The position numbers and the translations under genes are program-made. A model generated the notes under the pieces. It was not told the origin of the DNA. It worked only from the letters and a program-made list of their open reading frames with translations, and did no database searches. Source: Callorhinchus milii (taxonomy: Eukaryota). From it: a stretch of 64,000 bases of DNA. Within the stretch, counting starts at the first letter, position 1. Each line of letters begins with the position of its first letter. Of this stretch, positions 27,709 to 43,287 are shown piece by piece. The stretch lies in the NCBI RefSeq assembly GCF_018977255.1, contig NW_024704742.1:123258001-123322000 (forward strand), given 5' to 3'.

Positions 27709-28862
27709 AGTTGTCCTCCCCAAACTTGTCCTCCCCAAATAATTATGTACTTCTCTCTTAAAAGTTGTTATCGAATTGGCTTCTACCACCCTTTCAGACA
27801 ATTCATTCTAGATCCGAACAACTCGCTGTGTGAAAAAATGTCTCCTCACCTCCCCTCTGTTTCTTTTAACCACTATTTTAAATCAGTGTCCTCAGGTTAC
27901 CGACGCACCCGCCAATGGAAATAGTTTCTCCTTGTTCACCCTGTCAAATCTCCTCATAATTTGGAAAATTTCTATTAAGTCTCCTCTTAACCTTCTCTGC
28001 TCCAAGGAGAATAATCCTAGCTTCTCTAGCCTTTCCTCATAATTGAAGTCCCTCATTCCTGGTACTATCCTGGTAAATCTTTGCACCCTCTCCAATGCCT
28101 TGACTTCCTTCCTAAAGTGTGGTGTCTAGAACTGAACACAGTACTCTAGCTGAAGCCTAACCAGTGTTTTATAAAGGTTCTTCATAACTTCATGACTTTT
28201 GTATTCTATGCCCCTGTTTATAAAGCCTAGTATCCGGTATTCTTTTTTAACAGCTTTATCTACCTGTCCTGCCACCTTCAAAGATTTACTTATATGAACC
28301 CTCAGGTCTCTCTGTTCCTTCACCCCCTTTAAGATTGTACCATCATCTTATATTGCCTCTCTTCATTCTTCCTCCCAAAATGCATCACTTCGCATTTCTC
28401 CATATTAAACTTCATCTGCCACGTGTCGGACCATTTTACCAGTCTGTCTATGTCCAATTGCAGTTTGCTACTTTCCCTAGCTTAGTATCAACTGTAAACT
28501 GGGAAACTGTACTCCCTATACCCAAGTCCAGGTCATTTATATAGATCAAAAACAGCAGTGGTCCCAATACCAACCCCTGGGGGACACCACTGCACACTTC
28601 CCTCCAGTCAGAAAAACAACCGTTCACCACCACTCTCTGCTTTCTGTCTCCTGCCAGTTCTGTATCCATGATGTCATTATCCCTCTAATACCGTGGACTT
28701 CTATTTTGCTTACAAGTCTCTTATGTAGCACTTTACCAAACGCCTTTTGAAAATCCATATAAACTACATCAACTGCACTACCTTCATCCACTCTCTTCTT
28801 TACTTCATCAAAAAACTCTTATCAGGTTTGTTAGAAATGATTTGCCTTTAACAAATCCGTGT
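27709..28862 (-). mobile_element. CR1 LINE RT fragment
   Basis: [65 protein letters not shown]. Confidence 0.93.
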
Positions 28863-29644
28863 TCTATTCAATAAAATGATGAGCCTCAGTCACCTTCCTC
28901 AATGTGGCTCAGGGTTGCCGCTTTTCAAACCAACTTTGTCCCGCTTTTTTTCTATTTTATCCCAAACCCCATCTCTGTTAAACATGGTGATTCATGTTGA
29001 GTTGTGGTTCCACACATGTCGCCAACACTCTGGCAGCTCCAAAATGTCATATGGAGAAAATTATTTCCTGGATTCCAAGTACAGTGGTACTTTCAGCTCT
29101 TATATTTGCAGTTACAGTTGCAATAGAAATGTAGACCTTTTAAGCATTACCCATTAAAATAACATACAATGAAATAAAAGCTACAACATTGAAACAGGCT
29201 ATTTGATCCAACAAGTCCATGCCATATTCATAGTCCACATGAGCCTCCACCTATCCTATTTTACCTTCCAAGCTTTCCCCCATATATTTCTATTCCCTTC
29301 TTCCTCAAGTTTTCTCTTAATTCATTGATGTTTTCTGCTTCAACTGTGACTCTGGCAGTGAGTTCCATATTCTCACAACCCATTAGGAGTGAAGTAAATC
29401 ATTGTGATTTAAACATATGGATTGTTTTTGAGGTATATTGCTCTTAAAAGTTGCAGAGTTTCCTGTGATGAAAACAGATCTAAGTCACTCTTGTTACTTT
29501 TAAACGTCACCTTTAAACATTTACGCCACATTGCTTATTTTATTTGATCCATTAGAAGATACAAACAATGCAGAAAACAGATGGCAATAAAAACAACTTG
29601 AACTAATCCATTCAATATCATGCCCCTAATTTCTGTTTATCTGA

Positions 29645-29975
29645 TGGAGTCCTGTAGCTCAGTGGTGAGAGCACTCGCCTTGCAAGCGAGAGACCTGAGT
29701 TGAATTCCAGGCAGGTCAGGGCGAAACCTTGGGCAAGTTTCCTTACTCCACACGCCTAATAATAATCCCTCCAAAACCAAAACAATAATAAAAAATTGGT
29801 CATTTTCAATCTACGACTGTTTATGGGACATTGCTGTGCGCAATTGGCTGCCGCGTTCGCCCACAAATATACAGTCAATTCACTTTACAGTGTGTTCTGT
29901 GAAGCGCTTTGGGACGTCCTCCCGACGTGAAAAGCGCTATATCAAATGCAAGGATTATTATTATTATTATTATTA
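29645..29975 (+). mobile_element. Full-length tRNA-Deu SINE, short young subfamily
   Basis: Complete head, Deu core, tail and (tta)n. Confidence 0.93.
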
Positions 29976-30812
29976 TATGATTTACATAAACATTTATTTC
30001 AGCTACAGCGCCAGATTCATAAATGTTAACTGATAAGGTATTTACATAATCAGAGATGTTCACAATGCAAATTTCAGATTTATTTTGAAGGCTAATCAGG
30101 GCCCATTTAAAGATGTAACTCTTTAAGTATGCTTTCTGTCATCTTCCCCCTCCTATCCATTTGAGACATCCTCCTGATATGAAAGGCACCATACTTGTAT
30201 TATATTGTATAGGATGCATTATGTCAGCATATGATGTGCCAATCTGAAATTTTTTTAATTGGTGCCTTTGGTATTTCATGTTTCTTCAACAGACAGAAGT
30301 AAAACTAAAGAATAATATTAAAAAGTTGTTCCTGTGGCTATGATTTAACCCCCCTCCCCACAGCCCCTCCTCCCGATGGGTTAAAATTCAATTTGGCACC
30401 AAATCAGTGATAAAGTAGCTGGAGGAAGAAAATATTCTCCAGAAGATAGAGAGTCCGCCGTTCAACCACAAACAGTCATGAAGTACCACAGAAAATATTC
30501 TGACTCACTGCAAATTGCCCTATATTCATTTAAGAAACAGACTGATACTGTCAGATAACAGAAAGATAACAGATTAGGTTTTATGGTAGGACAGATCAAA
30601 TGGAGCTCCTCCATCTAACTGTCTTGTGATCTTGTATCCTTCCACACCTACCCTTCCTACCCCCCACCCCTCCATGATTCCAACCCCCAGCTTGGGTCCG
30701 AATCCCTGACTGTCCAGCGCCTTGGGACTGTACTATACAAATGTAATTTGTTGTTGTTGTAAAGTGCTGAATGTCTTGGTAACCAAGAATGTAACTCTAT
30801 ATTCCAGGTGAG

Positions 30813-33197
<2,385 letters not shown>

Positions 33198-33762
33198 AGC
33201 ACTAACACTGTCTGTATGTCTTCCGGGATTTAAATCAGCTAATTTGGCAATTCAACCCAATATCCAGTTTATAATAATAATTCTTGCATTTGATATAGTG
33301 AGTTTCAAATTGGCGTAAAATCTCAGGAAAGCATTGGAGATTCATTTTCATTGAGATTGTGACAAGTGTTCACTGCTTGGAAATGTGAATGGCAAATTAA
33401 TTAATACCCATTTGATCCCCAGGGTACCATTTGCACATAGCTAAATTACAGTACTCTGTTCTATTTTAACAAGCAGATTATGTTTTCTTCAGTAAAATAT
33501 AATATAAATTTATATTTATAAGGGGTTTTTCATGTAGGGAGGACATCCTAAGGCACTGGATAGTGTAGGATTTTCACCCGAGCTGGGGGTCTTGAGGCAA
33601 GCATTGAAGGAGGCAAGGGATAGGGTGAGTTGAAGGTATTTGGGGAAGGAGTTCCAGAGAGTAGAGACAGATATGCTGAAAGCCCAGAGTAATGCGGGAC
33701 CTGTTGAGTGGAGGGAGCGCCAAGTTGGTTAGATTTAAGGAGGTCACAGAATTGGGTGGGGC

Positions 33763-34097
33763 AATAATAATAATAATAATAATAATAATCCTTGCATTTG
33801 ATATAGCGCTTTTCACGTCGGGAGGACGTCCCAAAGTGCTTCACAGAACACACTGTAAAGTGAATTGACTGTATATTTGTGGGCGAACGCGGCAGCCAAT
33901 TGCGCACAGCAATGTCCCACAAACAGTCGTAGATTGAAAATGACCAATTTATTATTGTTTTTGGTTTTGGAGGGATTATTATCAGGCTCTGTGTGGAGTA
34001 AGGAAACTTGCCCAAGGTTTCGCCCTCTGCCTGGAATTGAACTCAGGTCTCTCACTTGCAAAGCGAGTGCTCTAAGCACTGAGCTACAGGACTCCAC
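33763..34097 (-). mobile_element. Full-length tRNA-Deu SINE abutting an L2 3' fragment (33525-33762)
   Basis: Reverse complement of the young SINE seen at 29645 and 47587. Confidence 0.93.
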
Positions 34098-37000
34098 ACA
34101 AGATCAGGGAGGGATATAAAGATTAGACTGAAGATCCAGAACTCTATCCGCTGGGGGCTGAGAATAAATATCATGCTATTGCAAATTATCAAAATGTTTT
34201 GAAATGCTTTCTCAATGTATGCAAAGCAACACTGAGTTCCAAAAGCAATCCAGGTCATAAAAAATTACCTTGCTTTAGAGGTTAGGATCACAACTGCAAA
34301 CGTGTAACACTTGTATGTAGAAATAGTCAAGTTATTTTGGGTTTCCATAATTCTCCAGCAACAGTAAGATGTCAAAAGGGATTTTTCAAATGGCTTAATT
34401 TTCCAGTCCTATTGGTACCATTTGTTGTACTTGTTTTTCAGCGGGATGATGATTAGCTATCAACGGGAAAGCCAATTGCACTATCATCAGATTCTGTTTG
34501 CTATTTTAAATATATTTGGAGCAATTTCTTTTAATCTCTTGCTGTGGCATAAAATACTTACAGAGCTTAAATAATATTTAGCTACTTTCATCCAACAAGA
34601 TACTCACCCTCTACTCTAAATCCTTTCACACCTCCCCACCTCTGTGATCTTCTCCAATTGCACCCTTTATCCCACTTTAAAACCTACCCCTTGGACTGTA
34701 CCTATGGTCATCTCCCTCACCCCCTTGCTAAGTGTTCAACTCCCCCACTGTGCAGTAACCCAAGAAACTATCCTACGTGAAGGGCACTTTATAAATATTT
34801 TGTTGAAAAGCTACCTAAAAGCATATCTTTTTGACTGTGTCTTTGTCACTTTCATCCTCCCCAAGGCTCACCCTGCTAAATATCAAGGCCAACTCTGTAA
34901 AGTGTTCCAAGACATTATTCTACATTAAGGACAATGTAAATAAATGAATGTTGTTGTAAATATTTAAACTGGACCGATGTGTTTAATAAACAGCAACAGG
35001 TTCCTGCTTTGAAGCAGGGAAAATACAAAGACAGGGTACTCCAGGGCCTTTTAATTCACCTTTGTTGGATCAGAATTCCAGTAACTGAATATTACGAGAC
35101 TGAAGGCCAGCACAGACTTTTTTTCACCAGTGGACACAGTCATATTTCCTGTTTAGCGTTGTTTATTGAACACGGCATTCAACAGCTGGCTGGCCACAGA
35201 GACTATCAAAGGCTAGGAATTGAGGAACTAAAAAAACACATGGACTTAGGCAAGGCAAGAAGCAGTTTAACCAAAGCAATAGTGAAAGAGTTAGTAGCTT
35301 CTGCAGCCTGACACTCAGAAACATTGGGAATGCCCACTTTATAATACCATAGACATGTGCAGATTAAAGACACCCATAGGTTCTCAGGCGACATCTGCAC
35401 AGAGTACATTATATCATGGGACAACATCAATGAACAATGATGTGTAACCGATGCTTGTAGCTTGCACAGGGCATGACCCCAAATAAGAAAGTGAACAAAG
35501 AATGATGCAAAACAACAATCTTTTATTACAATTATAAAAGTTAACAACGTCATTATATCAACTATTATTGTGCACTTACTTTCAGCATCACAAGTGAAAC
35601 AACCAGTATCACAATCTCACGTCCCAAAGCAAAGTCCAGCAGGGTATCATTATGTAGAGAAAGCATGCTAAGACCTTAAGCATTTCTGAGGGCAGCACTG
35701 TCAGGAAATTTTCTTACAAGACACAGTAGCAGTGGGAAAGTTGAGGAAATGAGGTCACAAGGTGTACTTCATGTTCAGCACACTCCCCAATAGTTTGGGC
35801 GATGGTTTAAGCTGCTGTAACATAACATGCCCCACAAACCCACAAGGTAATGTATAGTGCACAAACAAAATTGCCCCACTAGTGTTCAGTCACAGAGTGA
35901 GATTAGCAGAGTGTGAGAATAAACATTTCCCCATGTTGGTTTTGACTTTTATTACTCATGTTTTTAGAAACTGTGTAACAGTTAGGTATACTGTATAAGG
36001 TAATTACAATCTTTCATCTGTTGAAGACATCTGCAGTTATCGCAGAAAAAGGGTGGCAAAAAAAAGCTGAGTTGAAAGTCTATTTAACCACATCCTGGTT
36101 TCCCTCCCCACAATGGCACATCTGTCTTTATACCTATTTATCATTATACCAACTAAATCTGCTATTCTGATATATAAAAATACCTTGTGGTTTCGGAATC
36201 TCTTGCTCTGTGGGCTTTTTTTTTGGTCTCACGGTTTCAAAGGGCACTTCGGTTCCACAAGTAACCAGCAATGCTCTGCTTATTTATTTTTTCTGTCTAC
36301 TTGCAGTATTTAACTTGGGTATTACAGTAACCCAGTAGCTGTTGGAAATCTAAAAAGCACAAGAAAGTACTAACTCAAAAGGTGCAATGCCCAGTAAAGC
36401 TGTTCGCTATAGAAAAGGTATATTTTCAAAATACTCTTAAAAATTCTTAGGAATATAAGGCAATCTGATTCAACGAGTCCAGCACAGGCAATTTAGACGG
36501 AGTGGCCTTCTTCAGGGCTGTAGATTTCTATTGTTCTATGGCTTGTCCTCGATTCTCAGCTCAAGCGTTCTCATACATTAGAATACATTAGAATATACAG
36601 CACAGAAATAGGCCATTCGGCTCAACTGGTCTCTGCCGGTGTTTATGTTCCACATGAGCCTCCTCCTGCCCTTCCTCAACTAAGCCTTCAAGCATAACCT
36701 TCTATTCCTTTCTCCCTCAGGTACCTATCTAGCTTTCCCTTATATACATCTATGCTTTAGATCACATGCATCTATCTTTTGTCTCTCCAGCAAAAAGTCT
36801 AGGATCCTCCTAAACCTATTTCTACTATTTGCTGTCCTTGTGATGTATTTACAAGTTTGCAATCAGTGTAAATTCAAGTTAGAATAGGAGACAGGATTGG
36901 AATTGGTGTATTGATAACAACATTTTCTAATGTGCCATGTGCATCTTGGGACATGCACTTGAGCAAAATACATTGATGTAACCAAAATACAAAGTCTCCT

Positions 37001-37464
37001 AAACCATAGGTTCAAGTTCCCATGTTGGGACTTTGACCTCACACCTGATATTCCAATGCAGTGTTAGGGGAGTACTGCATTGTCTGAAGTGACTTCCTTC
37101 GGATTAAATGTTAAACCAGTGTCCCATTTGCCTGTTCAGGTGGACCTTGAAGATCCCATGGCACTATTCAAAAAGAGAAGGGAGATTTTCCCATTGTCCT
37201 GGCCAACAATTTCCTTGATTAAAAATGGTCAATTACTTCACGGCTGTTTGTGAGACCTGAAGTCTAATGACTGAATCCACCTCACTTGCAAAATACAGAG
37301 TAAATCTATCTAATATTATAAATTATCAGTTTAATTTTGCAGGCAAGTTTCATGCTTCACCATGCTTGAATGTATCCCAAACCATACATAATTATGCCAC
37401 CTCTGCATTGAAATTTCCCCATGCTTGGAATGCACCTTGAGGAGCTGATTTCAACAGATACCAT

Positions 37465-37757
37465 TAATAATAATAATAATAATAATAATCCTTGCATTTG
37501 ATATAGCGCTTTTCACGTCGGGAGGACGTTCCAAAGCGCTTCACAGAACACACTGTAAAGTGAATTGACTGTATATTTGTGGGCGAACGCGGTAGCCAAT
37601 TGCGCACAGCAATGTCCCCATTGTAGATTAAATGCAGATAATAATAATAATAATAATAATCCTTGCATTTGATATAGTGCTTTTCACGTCGGGAGGACGT
37701 CCCAAAGCGCTTCACAGAATATACTGTAAAGTGAATTGACTGTATATTTCTGGGTGA
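37465..37757 (-). mobile_element. Two tandem 5'-truncated SINE tails
   Basis: Two (taa)n-tccttgcatttgatata...gggaggacg blocks. Confidence 0.9.
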
Positions 37758-38407
37758 AATTTTGAATTTTTAGGCAATTTGTATTCAATTAATTCAATTA
37801 TTGTTAAGCAACCTGAGACATCCTTCTGACTTGAAAAACCTTATATACAGTAAATATAAATTTGTATTGTAACACTCCTTAAAGAAGTGAAAAATTGTCA
37901 TGACCAATTACATACCTACTTCTTTAATAGTATTAAAATCTAACCATTAATAGAACTCTGTGCATATACAGTTGCACAGGGCATACCCCTCTATTGAGAA
38001 ATTAATTGCACAAAATATATATATTGCTTTCCATTCTTCAATACTGCATTTTTGGAAGTGCAAATAACTAGTTTCCAGAAATAAATTGAGTATTAATAAA
38101 CTCAAGGAATTACATTTTCTCATACTCACTTTTCTGTTGGTAACACATGCTGACAGTTTAGGAGAACTAGCTGGTGTGTTATAATACAATAGTGTGATAT
38201 AATATAAAAGTTAATAGTTTAACAGTCATCTGAAAAATCTATGCAAACATAAATCTGAGATTGGTCCAGTTTGTTCCCCCTGTGGTTTAAGTTATGACCA
38301 CAACCTTTAAGAAGTGAAAAATAATGCAAAATACGCAACAGGAAGTGAGAAAGCAGAAGCTGTAAGAAGTGACAAAACTGCTGCCACATTAAGAATTTAT
38401 AAGACAT

Positions 38408-38739
38408 ATAATAATAATAATGATAATAATAATCCTTGCATTTTGATATAGCGCTTTTCACGTCGGGAGGACGTCCCAAAGCGCTTCACAGAATATACTG
38501 TAAAGTGAATTGACTGTATATTTGTGGGCGAACGCGGCAGCCAATTGCGCACAGCAATGTCCCACAAACAGTCATAGATTGAAAATGACCAATTTATTAT
38601 TGTTTTTGTTTTTTTGGAGGGATTGTTATTAGGCGTGTGGAGTAAGGAAACTTGCCCAAGGTTTCGCTCTGCTTGGAATTGAACTCAGGTCTCTCGCTTG
38701 CAAAGCGAGTGCTTTAACCACTGAGCTACAGGACTCCAC
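38408..38739 (-). mobile_element. Full-length tRNA-Deu SINE
   Basis: Complete head-to-tail match to other copies. Confidence 0.93.
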
Positions 38740-38796
38740 AAATATAGGGAAGATAGTATTTTCTGAGATAGCTGCATAAGAGTTAGATTAAATTTG

Positions 38797-41008
38797 TGAC
38801 CCTCCAGTGAAGTAAGGACTGACACAAATATTGTGCAAAAATATTTATTAATTCAGATTAGTAATAGTTATAAGTAATTAAAAGAATACCTCACAATAAT
38901 GCTTATGCATCGACGCAGAGTTCCCAACGATTTAAGTTGACCTGGCCAAATGCTGCAGAAGAGATAGAGTAGCAATGTCCAATTGAATGTCCATTTTAAT
39001 GTGTCCTTTTTAATCCAAATATACATATCCATCCAAAGGTATCCAAGTATTGTTGGACGTTTCTCAGTTCGATCACCCAGGTATTATTTTATGTTCAACT
39101 TGAAAGTATCCCGGTATCATGGCACATCCAATGCTATTCTGGCACATCCAATTCGATCTCTCTCCTTCAATTCTTTCTTCTCATTGTCTTCCGAATCGAT
39201 CTCTGTTTATACAATTCATTTGGTGACCTTTCACCTATTGTCTTATTGCAAGATGGTTCCTTTCTAAAAAAATACAACACACCTCTTTCTCCAGCTGCAG
39301 GCCATTTTTCCATGAGAAAATGACTGATAAAGACTGAAAACAGTTTGTTGTTTATAAACAGTCTTTTGTTTCTCCTCCTTGAGAAAAGATCTTCTTCAAA
39401 ACTGATCACAAACAGCTCCCCTCATATGAGATTGATCATGTTTCAAACATATAAACATCGCAATATAACTGTTAACAACTGTTGTCAAAATGTCTTGATT
39501 GAATTCAGAAGTGAGGAATGGATCGGCAAACATGGCCCAAAGCTCCACGATTGGTCGTTAGTCAATTGGCGGATCGCTTTTCCAGGGGTAATAATTCCTT
39601 AAAAAAATAAATTAGTCACTTCAATCCATGACTGTTTGTGGGACACTACTGTGTGCAATTGGCTGCCACATTTCGCCCATAAAATATACAGTGTATTCTG
39701 TGAAGCGCTTTGATACGACTCGAAGGTATGATAAGGCTTTATATCAAATGCAAGGGTTAGTATTATTATATGATAGACCAAATTACAATACAAAATAACA
39801 TTTGTAAAGTGCCTTTCACGTGGGAAGGACGTATTGACAGTGATAATCAAGCAAGATGTTGAATAATTGTCCTCCACAGATTAGTAGTATAACATTACTA
39901 ATAATCTGTGGGGCACAATTACTTAGCCAATCTGAAACTTTTCGGTCTTGTTTGATCCTCAACTATCCTTTCTACCCCATATCTGTGCCATGACCCATTC
40001 TGCCTTTCCCCACATCTGCAACATCGCCCCGCTCCGCCACTGTCTCACTCCGCAGGCAGCCGAAACCCTCATACACGCTTTCATTACATTGAGGCTTGAC
40101 TATGCAAACTCCTTGTTTGTCGGCCTCCCCAACTGCTCCCTCCATAGGCTGCAGATCATCCCGTGTCCTCTCCTGCACCATGACCCTATCATCCCCATCC
40201 TCGCCCGACTCCACTGGTTTCCTATCACACAAAGGATACAGTTCAAGATCCTGGTCCTCACCTTCAAAGCCCTCCACGGTTTTGCTCCCCCCTACCTCTG
40301 CAAACTCCCAACCATTCTGTTCACTCCCTCCGCTCAATGGGCTCCTTCATGCCCTTGCTTCGCTCGCCCCACCATTGGCGGCCAGGCCTTCTGCCACTGC
40401 ATCCCGCAGTCCCTCTGCCTCGCCCACTCCGTGCTTTCCATCTCCCTGCTTCCCCCACTGCGCTCCACCATCCCTGATCCCTCCCCCCAGCTCGGGTCTG
40501 AAACTCTGTCTGTCTAGCACGTCCTCTCGATGTGAAAGGCGCTATACAAATGTAATTTTGTTGTTGTTGTTGTTGTTCTAGATTGGGATCACATACTATG
40601 AAAGGACATTTGAGTAGATATTGACTGAATTGTATCCAATAAGTCGAACCACAGCCAAGCATATGTCAGCACTTTCACCAGGGTCACATGTAAGAGGCAG
40701 AGTGTATTGGACAGAGAGCGTGTGAAAAATAACGTCCACTAACTGAACTTCATAATAGAAACCAGTTTTCCGAGTTCAATACCTCTGTCCTCCCCACCGC
40801 AATGATTAATATTCTTCAATTGTGGGAACAAAAACATTGACTCAACTAGCAAGTCTTGGATTCCATGCTAAGCATTTGGCTCGCCCACGAGCAGGCACGT
40901 CTGCTCAATGATGAGACAAGTTACTGGAAAACATTTTAAATATAGTGTATCTACCAGCAAAAGAGGCTGCGACATCCAGTTCAGATGATTGTAACCGCAC
41001 ATGAGATG
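38797..41008. repeat. Local duplication, copy 1 (block A 38797-39468, block B 40683-41008, with SINE/L2 inserts between)
   Basis: Collinear similarity to 43893-45294, e.g. ccatccaaaggtatccaagtattgttg, ggttcctttctaaaaaaatacaacac and ctaccagcaaaagaggctgcgacatcc are identical in both copies. Confidence 0.92.
39925..40577 (+). mobile_element. L2 LINE 3' portion
   Basis: FDPQLSF...AETLIHAFITLRLDYANSL...LHWFPITQRIQFKIL and (ttg)n. Confidence 0.92.
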
Positions 41009-41107
41009 TGTTGAAAACATTTTAGAATGGCAAATTCAGGATGGTCTAAAATGCTGCATAAATAGAGTAGATCTAGACCCAGTGGAATTCCTTCCAATTG
41101 TATATAG

Positions 41108-41131
41108 TTATAATAATAATTCTTGCATTTG

Positions 41132-41162
<31 letters not shown>

Positions 41163-41437
41163 CCTTGCATTTGATATAGCGCTTTTCACGTCGGGAGGGG
41201 ACGTCCCAAAGCGCTTCACAGAACACACTGTAAAGTGAATTGACTGTATATTTGTGGGCGAACGCGGCAGCCAATTGCGCACAGCAAAGTCCCACAAACA
41301 GTCGTAGATTGAAAATGACCAATTTAATTATTGTTTTTTGGGGGGTTTTTTGGAGGGATTATTATTAGGCGTGTGGAGTAAGGAAACTTGCCCAAGGTTT
41401 CGCCCTGCCTGGAATTGAACTCAGGTCTCTCACTTGT
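41108..41437 (-). mobile_element. tRNA-Deu SINE with doubled tail
   Basis: Matches the family; head is truncated. Confidence 0.9.
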
Positions 41438-41576
41438 AATATAGTGCCTTATCACATTGTCAAAGCAATTCAATGGATATACTGTAAACCTGATAAGGCG
41501 CTTTAGCAAACACAAGGATCTCTTACGTGTTTTGTGGGAAATTAAAACAGCCAATCTGCACCCAGCAATATCCACA

Positions 41577-43287
41577 AAACAACAACAACAAGATTACATT
41601 TGTATAGTGCCTTTCACGTCGGGAGGACGTCCCAAAGCGCTGGACAGTGTACAGCATTTCAGACCCGAGCTGGGGTTTGGGGGTTAAGGGAGGGGAGGGG
41701 ATGGGGGGTGGCCGATGGCATGGTCGAAGAGGAGGGTCTTGAGGCGGGACTTGAAGGAGGCTAAGGAGAGGGTGAGGCGGAGTGACTGGGGGATGGAATT
41801 CTAGAGGTTGGGGCAGAGTGGCTGAAGGCTCTCCCACCAATGGTGGAGTGGGTGGGGCGTGGAGACGTGGAGCAGGCCAGAGCCGGCTGAGCGGAGAGAA
41901 CGGGCGGGTTGGTAGGGGCTTAGGAGGTCGCAGAGGTAGGGTGGGGCGAGGCCATGGAGGGCTTTGTAGGTGAAGACCAGGATCTTGAACTGGATCCTCT
42001 GAAGAATAGGGAACCAGTGGAGTCGGGCGAGAGTGTGGGAGATAGGGTCACGGAGTTTGGTGCGGGAGAGGACACGAGCTGCAGGGTTCTGGATTATCTG
42101 CAGCCTGTGGAGGGAGGAGTTGGGAAGGCCAACAAGCAGGGCCGAACCTGGAGGTGATGAAGGCATGAACAAGAGTTTCAGCAGCCTGAGGAGTGGGATA
42201 GTGGCGGAATTGGGCAATGTTACGGAGATGAGGAAAGGCAGAGCGGGTCATGACTTGAATGTGGGGGAGAAAAGACAGTTGAGGTTCGAACAAGACACCT
42301 AGGTTCCTGACTGACTTGGTGAGTTGTAGTGTACAACCATGGAGGTTGATGTTACCAGAGCTTGAGGTGCAGAGGCGCTGGCGTGAGCCAATCAGGAGGG
42401 CCTCAGTCTTGTTCACATTCAACTGTAGGAAATTTTCCCTCATTCAGGGTTTGATGTCCAACAGCAGTGGTCCTGGAGTTGAGGGTGGAGCAGAAAGATA
42501 GAGTTGGGTGTCATCCACATACATGTGGAAGTTGACTCCATGTCTGCGGATGAGGGGGAGCATGTAGATATTAAAGGAGAGGGCCAAGGACAGAACCTGG
42601 GGGACGCCAGATGTGACAGTGCGGGGGGGCTGGAGGAGAAATCGTTAAAGACAACAAAGTAGAGACGGTGAGAGAGATAGGAATTGAACCAGGCAAGGGC
42701 AGATCCGTGAAGATTGAGTAAAGCGGAGAGGCGGTGTGAGGATGGAGTGGTTGACAGTGTCGAAGGCAGCAGAGATGAAGTGAATGACCAATTTTATTTA
42801 GGAGATTGTTGACCAGGGTCAGGGTGAAAACCAGACTGCAGGGGATCGAGGAGGGAGAGGTGTGACTGAAGTTGACCTGCAACAATGCATTCCAGGACTT
42901 TGGCAAGAAAGGGTAGGTTGGAAATGGGACAGTAGTGCGAGAGATTAACAGGATCAAGAGTGGATGTTTTGAGGAAGGGTTTGTGTTTTGAGTGAAAGGA
43001 GATGACTGTTGTACCAGGGGGAGTGGGTGGGTTTGGAAACAAACCTGGATTTTAGGGCAGCCAGGGAATTGAAGGTTGTTTAGAGACAGTCATTCAGCAG
43101 CTTGATGGCTGTATCAGGATCGCTGAGGGTGGAGGGTCAGAGGGAGAGGAGGTCCAAGGCCGAGAGGGCATTTGTGAAGGACTCAGGGTGAAGCTTTTTC
43201 CAGGGACAGTTTTGCCCTGCCGGGAATTGAACCCAGGTCACTTGCTTGCGAGGCGAGTACTCTAACCACTGAGCTACAGGACTCCAC
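41577..43287 (-). mobile_element. L2 LINE 3' portion (~1.6 kb) with a SINE tRNA head (43210-43287) at its 5' end
   Basis: [55 protein letters not shown] head directly adjacent. Confidence 0.9.

Noticed and set aside
34979..35553. Overlapping 110-aa (+) and 115-aa (-) ORFs
   Set aside because: Non-ATG or weak starts, no recognisable homology, no supporting coding exon structure.
39167..39409. Minus-strand ORF in duplicated block A
   Set aside because: The frame is not preserved in the second copy (indels and SINE insertion).
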